Shown here piece after piece: positions 33,476-43,659 of a stretch of 64,000 nucleotides of DNA (positions are counted from its first letter, which is position 1; each line of letters starts with the position of its first letter). The translations under genes were made by a program, and so were the position numbers. This DNA is from Escherichia phage 215Ecol030PP: sequence record PP328843.1. One strand, given 5' to 3'. Under the pieces are notes generated by a model. The model searched no databases and was not told the origin of the DNA. It saw nothing but the letters and a program-made list of their open reading frames with translations.

Positions 33476-33514
33476 GTACAGGTATATAATATCATATCCT
33501 GTACCAAAGTAAAC
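33476..33514 (-). promoter_or_regulatory. early promoter upstream of 30.x ORF at 33448
   Basis: GTTTAC-N17-TATTAT with 8-bp inverted repeat GGTACAGG/CCTGTACC embracing the -10. Confidence 0.5.
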
Positions 33515-33516
33515 AA

Positions 33517-33849
33517 TTATTTTACTACTTTCCAATGCTGCATGTCAAGTTTACCAACTTTTTTCATCTTCTCAATCAAACGTTCGGCACGTTGACGGGC
33601 TGTAACATAATACCATTCACCTAATTCATTTTGTTCAATTTTTCCAACGATTACTGTATTCAATTCATAAATCCAACCAGTAAAGAAATTATGAACTTGA
33701 ATTGTAAAGGTGAAATCTGTTCCCATACCTTCTGTTGTTTCTACTTCAATAATATCACCTTCAACTGCCATTAAGAACCACATAGTTTCATCATATTTAC
33801 CATTGAAGCATTTAGTTTTAACTGCAGCGTTCAGATTAATCGTTTTCAT
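33517..33849 (-). CDS. hypothetical early protein (30.x cluster)
   Basis: 110 aa; SD AAGGAGA and early promoter upstream. Confidence 0.6.
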   Translation of the reverse strand: MKTINLNAAVKTKCFNGKYDETMWFLMAVEGDIIEVETTEGMGTDFTFTIQVHNFFTGWIYELNTVIVGKIEQNELGEWYYVTARQRAERLIEKMKKVGKLDMQHWKVVK

Positions 33850-33869
33850 TTTATTCTCCTTTGTTTGTG

Positions 33870-33906
33870 TAAGATAATACTATCACAAAGGAACCATACT
33901 GTAAAC
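33870..33906 (-). promoter_or_regulatory. early promoter upstream of 30.x ORF at 33849
   Basis: GTTTAC ... TAGTAT; inverted repeat TCCTTTGT/ACAAAGGA spans -10 and SD. Confidence 0.5.
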
Positions 33907-33935
33907 AACTTTATGCAATCTTTGGAAAATAAAAA

Positions 33936-33955
33936 AGGACTCCCGAAGGAGTCCT
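33936..33955 (-). terminator. hairpin downstream of the 30.9-position ORF
   Basis: AGGACTCC-CGAA-GGAGTCCT. Confidence 0.45.
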
Positions 33956-33959
33956 CAAC

Positions 33960-34136
33960 TTATGCTTTCTGCTTACCAAAACGAGAAGCATCATCTCGAA
34001 GAACCGCACGTGCTCGGCGCATGATCTTCTCAACAGTTTGATTGATACGAGAGTTCGACCCACGCTTGTAGCCAGCGCGTTTAGAATCACCAACTTTCTT
34101 TTCAACTGCTTTCTTTGCTTTAGCTTGTTTTGCCAT
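33960..34136 (-). CDS. small basic protein (30.9 position)
   Basis: ORF track extends to 34178; ATG at 34136 gives 58 aa MAKQAKAKKAVEKK... Confidence 0.5.
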   Translation of the reverse strand: MAKQAKAKKAVEKKVGDSKRAGYKRGSNSRINQTVEKIMRRARAVLRDDASRFGKQKA

Positions 34137-34380
34137 TATAAATTCTCTTTTAAATGAAAATGCAGGACTTATTGGCATTGCCTGCGCAAGCCCTCAAGGG
34201 GAACATAGGTTTTTGGATATTTAACGACCAGGATAACCATAAACCCGTCATCATTCACATTCAAGAGGTACACCGTAAAACTGCCGGGGTCTTAAAACTA
34301 TAATGATTCGCAAATCATTAATCAGACAGTTCGACGGCTCCTCGATTTAGCTCACACTAAGGCAGTGAATCTCCAATAAA

Positions 34381-34629
34381 TTACTTCAATGTTACCACAA
34401 AGTGACGAACTGCTTTTCGCGCAGCAGAAGCCAAAGGCTTAGCATATTTAAGTTCATCTTTTTCCTGAAGCTCAGCAGCTAATGCAGTTTGAGCAGGATT
34501 CAGATGTTTGAAATAACGCAGGATTTCAAGAGCTTCGGCTTCAACATCAATAGATGCGCCATAGTTTTCGTGACCATTATTCCATGCGTTTCGTTGCAGT
34601 TCAAGAGCGTGTTGTAATTGTTTAATCAT
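34381..34629 (-). CDS. rIII: rIII lysis-inhibition accessory protein
   Basis: 82 aa; position upstream of ligase cluster and downstream of gene 31; late promoter upstream. Confidence 0.75.
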   Translation of the reverse strand: MIKQLQHALELQRNAWNNGHENYGASIDVEAEALEILRYFKHLNPAQTALAAELQEKDELKYAKPLASAARKAVRHFVVTLK

Positions 34630-34768
34630 TTAAAAATTCTCGTTAGAGATTAAAACTCGGTAGTCACGTTCTTCTGAATTTCATCTTCTTTCGACAGATC
34701 TCTCAGTTGTAGACTACCACATAGAATTGTTCGGTTAACTTATTATTCCGACACCCAATTCATATTAT

Positions 34769-34776
34769 TATTTATA
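34769..34776 (-). promoter_or_regulatory. late promoter TATAAATA upstream of rIII
   Basis: Minus-strand TATAAATA in the 31-rIII intergenic region. Confidence 0.5.
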
Positions 34777-35112
34777 TCACTTATAAAGACACGGAATAGC
34801 TTTATAGTGACAAGTAACGAATTTTTGTTTAATTTCTTTTGGCTGCTTAAGACCCAGAGCTACAAAAGGATGCGGAACATTTCGAATTTGACCAACTGGA
34901 AGAGAAGTCAAATCACCAACTTCGCAGAAACCTTCAGGAACATCAGGACCGACAGAGTGAATTACACACAGTTCAGGAACTTCACCTTGAACACGTTTAC
35001 CGATAATAAGTCCTGATTCTGTAACTTCTTCATCACCGGCTTGTGCAGGTTCAGAAACTAAAATAACATATTCACCGACAGCACGAATTGGTAGCTGTTG
35101 TACTTCAGACAT
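34777..35112 (-). CDS. 31: gp31 GroES-like co-chaperonin
   Basis: 111 aa, T4 gp31 size. Confidence 0.9.
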   Translation of the reverse strand: MSEVQQLPIRAVGEYVILVSEPAQAGDEEVTESGLIIGKRVQGEVPELCVIHSVGPDVPEGFCEVGDLTSLPVGQIRNVPHPFVALGLKQPKEIKQKFVTCHYKAIPCLYK

Positions 35113-35168
35113 CGTTTTTCCTTTTTGTTAACAGATGAATTAATAATAACAAATAATTCTTAAAGCAT

Positions 35169-35477
35169 TTATTTACCAATAAATTGGAGCAAATGCTCAA
35201 CTTTCATACCATTAACGGAAATCAATTTGTCAATAGAAAAACCTCGCCATGCACCAAGCTCAACATCAAATACTGGAACCATATCAGTAGATTCTTTCCT
35301 AGTAGATTCCGTCAATTTACCAGTTTGCATGGTTGGCATAAAGTCTGCATCACGAGTACCTTTCATAACACGAATAGTACCATCAGACTTTTCAAAAACT
35401 ACGCTTGAAACACCCATGGACAATTTAGTTTTCAAAATTTCACGAATTGCTACTTTTTGTTCAGTCGTCAGTTTCAT
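35169..35477 (-). CDS. hypothetical protein (31.1 position)
   Basis: 102 aa ORF. Confidence 0.6.
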   Translation of the reverse strand: MKLTTEQKVAIREILKTKLSMGVSSVVFEKSDGTIRVMKGTRDADFMPTMQTGKLTESTRKESTDMVPVFDVELGAWRGFSIDKLISVNGMKVEHLLQFIGK

Positions 35478-35714
35478 TTATTTACCTATTACAGTTTTAA
35501 TATGAGTTGTTCCACGTTCTTTAAGAGTGGAAAGTAATTTTTGGCATTTTTCTAAATCAGATTTCCAACTATATGGTCTATCAATACTAGTCCAATCAGT
35601 TTTATAATACTGTTTCCATTTAGAGAAAAAATATTTCTTATACTCTACAGCAAATGAGATGTTCTCGTTAGAATAAGAACTAATTGCTGTGAGCTTTACC
35701 AAACGAAATTTCAT
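35478..35714 (-). CDS. hypothetical protein (31.2 position)
   Basis: 78 aa ORF. Confidence 0.55.
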   Translation of the reverse strand: MKFRLVKLTAISSYSNENISFAVEYKKYFFSKWKQYYKTDWTSIDRPYSWKSDLEKCQKLLSTLKERGTTHIKTVIGK

Positions 35715-36295
35715 TATTCACCGCAGAATTCGTTGATATTTTCCCAGTTTAACTTATTCAAGTTTTTCTTAGGAACATTAAACACTTCAATACCTGCATT
35801 TCGCAGAATATCATCCCAGCCAGGTTTATTTTTATCATATGTTTCGCAATAAACCAGCTTTTTAATACCAGATTGAGCTATCGCTTTTGCGCAATCCGGA
35901 CATGGAGAAAGTGTTACATACATAGTAGCACCTTCAATAGAAGAACCATTTCGTGCAGCAAACAAAATTGCATTTAGTTCAGCATGAATTTCATTTTTAG
36001 ATGACCATTCCGAGTGAGCACTACGGTGTTCTTTCGCCAAGACAAAACGATCAGTTGAACCAAATGATACGCATTCAGGCTTATGACCTTGAATGATAGT
36101 ATGTTTAGGCTTATTCAACAACCAACCTTGCTCAGCAGCATAATCACAACAGTTCACACCCCCTGCGGGTGAACCATTATACCCAGTAGAAATAATACGT
36201 CCATTCTTTTCAATTACTGCTCCTACCTTCCAGGAGCAACATTTTGATTCCTGCGATACTAAATATGCAATTTGAAGTACTGTACTCGCTTTCAT
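35714..36295 (-). CDS. cd: dCMP deaminase
   Basis: 193 aa; zinc-binding HAELNAI and PCPDCA motifs. Confidence 0.93.
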   Translation of the reverse strand: MKASTVLQIAYLVSQESKCCSWKVGAVIEKNGRIISTGYNGSPAGGVNCCDYAAEQGWLLNKPKHTIIQGHKPECVSFGSTDRFVLAKEHRSAHSEWSSKNEIHAELNAILFAARNGSSIEGATMYVTLSPCPDCAKAIAQSGIKKLVYCETYDKNKPGWDDILRNAGIEVFNVPKKNLNKLNWENINEFCGE

Positions 36296-36630
36296 TTCAT
36301 AATCACCAGATAAGCAGATTTAGCAGTTTCAACACGATAAATTTCGTGACGAAGTTTAGTTATACTTTTAATAACAGAACTAATTATATTCTGCCCATCT
36401 TTAAAGCGGTTTTTCTTATCAATAAAAACTGCGCCAGTCATCTTTTTGTGAAGCTCAACTGGATACTTCGTCACAATAATAGCATCATACACGGAAGGAT
36501 GAATACTATTCACCAGAGTATCATTCATTAAAGTTATTCTAATGAACTTTGCTGTTTCAGAATCAAGCGCTCTATGATCGCCAGTATCATTTTCAAGACA
36601 ATTATCAATTATATCAGTTAAATTCATCAT
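36292..36630 (-). CDS. hypothetical protein (cd.x cluster)
   Basis: 112 aa ORF. Confidence 0.55.
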   Translation of the reverse strand: MMNLTDIIDNCLENDTGDHRALDSETAKFIRITLMNDTLVNSIHPSVYDAIIVTKYPVELHKKMTGAVFIDKKNRFKDGQNIISSVIKSITKLRHEIYRVETAKSAYLVIMK

Positions 36631-36863
36631 AGTACGCCATACACCCTTTGTGCTTCAACTAATCCATCAAAATCCAGTTTAAGATGCGATATTTGATCGC
36701 CATCGCCTGGATTCACAATTACTAATACTGAGCGAGGAGTTTCGGTAATAACACGAACCGATGTTTCAGGAAATCGTTCAGAAACCTTATTTACTAATTC
36801 CTGTGCAAATAGTTTAACTTTTTCTTGGAATTCTTTAACAGTAATTGGTTTTTCGCTTAGCAT
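36627..36863 (-). CDS. hypothetical protein (cd.x cluster)
   Basis: 78 aa; SD GAGGA; early promoter upstream. Confidence 0.55.
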   Translation of the reverse strand: MLSEKPITVKEFQEKVKLFAQELVNKVSERFPETSVRVITETPRSVLVIVNPGDGDQISHLKLDFDGLVEAQRVYGVL

Positions 36864-36889
36864 TTCAATTTCCTCATTTGTTTTGGTAG

Positions 36890-36925
36890 AGCTATAATAT
36901 CACAACTCTACCGTAAAGTAAACCA
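36890..36925 (-). promoter_or_regulatory. early promoter upstream of cd.x ORF
   Basis: GTTTAC ... TATTAT with inverted repeat GGTAGAG/CTCTACC embracing the -10. Confidence 0.5.
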
Positions 36926-37201
36926 TTAAATCGCTTTGAATTCTGCTGTCTGCGATTCAAAACGAATGTCGCCTTTGATGACTAGCTCAGCATCAAGACC
37001 GAATACGACAATGATATGCGCTGACCCAGGATACAGTTGAATAACAACAGAATCCACCTGGTCTGGAAGCAAAGTGTTTAATACATGAGTCACTTGAGCG
37101 TGGATTCGAAGTTCAGCTGCATTATCAAGCTTTTCAAACATGTTATTAGCGATAATTTGGCTAAACACTACTTCTACGATTTTAGAGTAAGTCGGAAACA
37201 T
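36926..37201 (-). CDS. hypothetical protein (cd.x cluster)
   Basis: 91 aa ORF. Confidence 0.55.
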   Translation of the reverse strand: MFPTYSKIVEVVFSQIIANNMFEKLDNAAELRIHAQVTHVLNTLLPDQVDSVVIQLYPGSAHIIVVFGLDAELVIKGDIRFESQTAEFKAI

Positions 37202-37203
37202 AT

Positions 37204-37404
37204 TTACCTCACATAATTTTCTTCAAGCCAATCAATAACATCCAAAGCGTTATCAAAAATTGAACCATCTACTTTGTCTTCTGTTTCATAATCAAGAACA
37301 TCTAAGCCTACTCTTCCGTCAACAATAGGCCATAGACAAAATAGATATTTCTTTTCTTTTTCGATTTTATCACAAAGACGATAAATCTTTTCTAGATTAT
37401 TCAT
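37204..37404 (-). CDS. hypothetical protein (cd.x cluster)
   Basis: 66 aa ORF. Confidence 0.5.
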   Translation of the reverse strand: MNNLEKIYRLCDKIEKEKKYLFCLWPIVDGRVGLDVLDYETEDKVDGSIFDNALDVIDWLEENYVR

Positions 37405-37587
37405 AAGTTTTCCATGGTAAAGGCAGTTTAGTTTTCTTTACTGTTAGTTCAACATCAGGATTCTTTTCTCTTAATTTAAGGCATTCCTCCCAAGCTCTGA
37501 TTTCACTAGTGAATATACAAAATTGCCCATTACTAGTACCAACTAAACCACTATTTACAATAGCCCAAGTTTCATGATGCCAAGCCA

Positions 37588-37588
<1 letters not shown>
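37397..37588 (-). CDS. hypothetical protein (cd.x cluster)
   Basis: 63 aa ORF. Confidence 0.5.
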
Positions 37589-38788
<1,200 letters not shown>

Positions 38789-38792
<4 letters not shown>

Positions 38793-39025
38793 TTATTTTT
38801 CTCAACCAATGATTGAATATAATCATGCAGGTCTTTAGATGCTTTACCCCACTTATTTTGGTATTCATTTTTAAGATTAGCCCGAGATTGAGCTAATAAA
38901 ACATCATTAGTTGGAGGTAAAGATTCTAATCGTTGAATCTGGCGTCCATAAATCATTGCAGCCATCTCAGATTCATAAATCAATCCTTTGAGATGTTCAA
39001 ATTGATGCCATGAAATCATTTGCAT
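38789..39025 (-). CDS. hypothetical protein (pseT.x cluster)
   Basis: 78 aa ORF. Confidence 0.5.
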
Positions 39026-39315
39026 TTATCCTCTTTTAACTCTTGGCGATAATAACATATCATAGTTTTCTGATCATGTACATATCGTTTTACATCATTA
39101 AGCCAAATACGAAATTCCTGGGAATCTTCAAATGGCATACCGACCCAAGCTTTACCATCGATAACTTTAACTTGCCAAGATAGTTTAGCTTCATCATATG
39201 ACTTTATCTGCACAGGCCAATTAGGATGAACTGTTTCTTTCTTTACTTCTAGAGGCTTTGTCGAACAACCAACTAGAAGACCAATAGATAATATTACTGC
39301 TGATAGTTTAATCAT
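39016..39315 (-). CDS. outer-membrane lipoprotein, probable o-spanin
   Basis: 99 aa; signal peptide and lipobox LLVGC; directly downstream of and overlapping the membrane/coiled-coil ORF. Confidence 0.7.
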   Translation of the reverse strand: MIKLSAVILSIGLLVGCSTKPLEVKKETVHPNWPVQIKSYDEAKLSWQVKVIDGKAWVGMPFEDSQEFRIWLNDVKRYVHDQKTMICYYRQELKEDKCK

Positions 39316-39665
39316 TTAGAAAGGTCCTGGATGTCTTCTGCGAACTTATTAAAGGAGTTGTTGATTTGTTTTTCAACCAATCCTGGCTTATGAGCCACCA
39401 CATCCGCCTTCTTTGCGTCTTTGCGCAGTTTTTCATTTTCACGCTCAATAGCAGCAATTGCCTCACGATTTTTATTATTCATCGCATCAATATAATTATA
39501 TTGAATTTTTAAATCATTTAATGCTAAAGCGTTTTCATTGGCCGTTTTTGTAATTTCTACAACAGACGTTTCTAATCTTTCAATTTTACTTTTTAAAATT
39601 AAAGAAGTTCCGCCCAATGCAATTACAATTAATAACAAACCTGCTGTCGTATTACTTAATTGCAT
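39312..39665 (-). CDS. N-terminally anchored coiled-coil protein, probable i-spanin
   Basis: 117 aa; N-terminal hydrophobic helix LLLIVIALGGTSLIL then charged coiled-coil; 4-nt overlap with the lipoprotein ORF. Confidence 0.7.
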   Translation of the reverse strand: MQLSNTTAGLLLIVIALGGTSLILKSKIERLETSVVEITKTANENALALNDLKIQYNYIDAMNNKNREAIAAIERENEKLRKDAKKADVVAHKPGLVEKQINNSFNKFAEDIQDLSK

Positions 39666-40162
39666 AAAGTTTTAATAACCTCTACAATATCGTCTTGAGA
39701 AAGACCGTTAATTAAAATATGATGTTCAGCCGGAGATTTAGAAATTTTAAAGCATGCCTCAACATCTTCTGCCATATCTGATGCGCTACGATTTGGATTA
39801 CTAATTCCAAGACGATGTTTTCCCGTTAAAGGATTAACGATGATATAACATTTACAGTTGTTAATATGAACATTAGGTTGAGTCTGATTAATGAACACTT
39901 CACAGTCGTATTTCGCAAGCTGATTTTCTAAAAAGACTTTCATCTCTTCAACCGCATCAGGAAGCATATCACGGGCTTGCTCAAGACGACGATTTCGATA
40001 TTCTTTAATGGTCGTTTTCCGCTTGACTTGCTTAGCTAAATCTTTCTTAAGATCGGTGATATATCCAACTCGCCGATTTCCTTTAAATACAGAAATCCCA
40101 TCTGTAGTATCACCGTATGCTTCAACGACCATTTCAGTAGTAATAAGCTGCAAATCCATCAT
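39656..40162 (-). CDS. alc: Alc, inhibitor of host transcription
   Basis: 168 aa (MMDLQLITTEMVVEAYG...); early promoter upstream. Confidence 0.85.
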   Translation of the reverse strand: MMDLQLITTEMVVEAYGDTTDGISVFKGNRRVGYITDLKKDLAKQVKRKTTIKEYRNRRLEQARDMLPDAVEEMKVFLENQLAKYDCEVFINQTQPNVHINNCKCYIIVNPLTGKHRLGISNPNRSASDMAEDVEACFKISKSPAEHHILINGLSQDDIVEVIKTLCN

Positions 40163-40167
40163 AAAGT

Positions 40168-40220
40168 CCTCATGTTATGTCAGTAAGACTACTATAACAC
40201 AACACGAAGGACTTGTAAAC
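40168..40220 (-). repeat. 53-bp early promoter/leader element, copy B (upstream of alc)
   Basis: 52/53 identical to 26632-26684. Confidence 0.8.
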
Positions 40221-40223
40221 AGC

Positions 40224-41811
<1,588 letters not shown>

Positions 41812-41819
41812 AATAAAAT

Positions 41820-41833
41820 GGGCCTTGCGGCCC
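41820..41833 (-). terminator. hairpin between nrdB and denA
   Basis: GGGCC-TTGC-GGCCC. Confidence 0.4.
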
Positions 41834-41838
41834 ACTCC

Positions 41839-42341
41839 TTAAAAGTATTTTTTAAAACTCATCATAACTTTATCATCAACATCATTATCAATCTGTGCAA
41901 CAAGGTAAGATGACAATTCTACTTCTTGTGGCGCAGATTGAACATTATCAGAATTAAGATATTCACGAATCCAAGGATATGGATGTTTAACCGGAGCATC
42001 GGTAATTGGGCATGGAAGACCACACTGCTTCATACGAGATACAGTTAAGTAATCAATAAAGCTCCACATGCTATTTGTATTTAATCCAGGAACATCTCCA
42101 TCTTTAAATAAATGAACTGCCCAATCTTTTTCTTGGCGGTTAACTTCCATGAAAATATCAACTGCTTCTTGTTCACACTCTTGAGCAATTTTAACCCATT
42201 GATCGCCATCAGTACCAGATTGAAGTTGACGAATAATATATTGGGTGCCTTTAAGGTGAAGCTGTTCATCGCGTGCAATGAACTTCATAATCTTGGCATT
42301 ACCTTCCATGATTTCCATATTCTTATGGAAGTTAAAGGTAC
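41839..42341 (-). CDS. nrdB: ribonucleotide reductase small subunit NrdB, exon 2
   Basis: Frame continues ...TFNFHKNMEIMEGNAKIM...; joins exon 1 in frame via codon T|GT (Cys). Confidence 0.85.
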
Positions 42342-42932
42342 CGTATGTTCGATTGAGCTCGCTAATTCTCAACCCGTTCTCTTATGAACTGCTGCATGTT
42401 ACCATGCAGTCCAGACTATATCACAATCCCGGAGGGATTCTCCCCATTTCGAGTCGCTTGACCCTACGTCCGAAGACTAGTCGTTGAACCTTGTTTTGCA
42501 ATTGTCGCCGTGCCATCGTTTATATGTTGATGGTGATAAATCTTTCTTATCACAATATGGACAATTCAATTGAATTCTATTTGGATTTAATTTACATCTG
42601 TCATTATGTTTTAGATAAAATCCAGGACCTTTACCAATGTGACCGCAGAAATCACATGTGATTTCTTTTTGTGCAGGATGGGTCCCGTTCTTAACCATTT
42701 CTAATGTTTTGCTGATGTTCTTTTCTTATGGTCTTCCATCAGAATCTTTAGGTATAGGTCCGTTAGCATCTATCCAAATTTTTCTATAGTTCAATTGTGC
42801 ATCCTCTTAAAAGTATAATCATATTATACTAATTAAAGGTGCAAGCAAAACCTTGGCTGCTAGTTTTCCATAAAGGACTTTCCAGCAATTAAAGGAGTTT
42901 TCGATAAACGTTACCGTTTAAAGGCGCATTTT
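42342..42932 (-). mobile_element. group I intron in nrdB with degenerate homing-endonuclease ORF
   Basis: In-frame stop right after exon 1; 3' region GACTGCATGGTAACATGCAG parallels td intron P7; splice sites placed after U (42933) and G (42342) restore a 1179-nt ORF. Confidence 0.75.
42477..42698 (-). pseudogene. truncated intron endonuclease remnant (I-TevIII-like)
   Basis: 73-codon ORF inside the nrdB intron with Cys/His cluster CDFCGH...CPYCDKK...HGDNC; too short for an intact endonuclease. Confidence 0.55.
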
Positions 42933-43608
42933 ACGCAAAAGATACATAAAAACGAATAGCTTCTAAGGCATTAATAACGTGCAAACAGAGGTAAAGAGAT
43001 TTCATTAAAGCACGTTTAGCTTCGGCTTCTTGTTTAATAGCTCGGTTTAAACGAAAGACGGCATCAGGAGATTCTTTAGCTAGTTCTACAAATTCTTTAG
43101 CATTTTCCCATTCACGGGTTTTAATCAGAACATCATCATAATAACGTCCAATTGATTCAGCACGTTTCATAATAGCTTCATCTAATACAATCTCATCAAA
43201 TACCTTCGATGGATCAGTATAAAGATTTCGCATGATATGAGTATATGAACGACTGTGAATAGTTTCACTAAAAGTCCATGTAGCAACCCATGTATCAAGA
43301 CTTGGGTCTGAAATTAATGACATAAGTACAGCAGACGGTGCACGGCCCTGAATGCTATCCAAAAGTGATTGATACTTCAGATTATTAGTAAAAATATCTT
43401 GCTGATATTGAGGAAGCTTATTAAACTGTGCAGCATCCATCATTAAGTTAACTTCTTCGGGACGCCAGAAAAAACTGATCTGCCGCTCAATGAGTTCTTC
43501 AAATACTCGATGTCGTTGAATATCATATCGAGCTAAACCTAATCCAGAACCAAAGAACATCGGTTCATTCAAAACATCAACAGGGGATGTATTAAAAACT
43601 GTACTCAT
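42933..43608 (-). CDS. nrdB: ribonucleotide reductase small subunit NrdB, exon 1
   Basis: N-terminal 225 aa ending ...LEAIRFYVSFA then intron. Confidence 0.88.
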
Positions 43609-43659
43609 AAATTTTCCTCTTAGTTAATAGTTAGTGACTCGTCCATGAGTCATATTATA

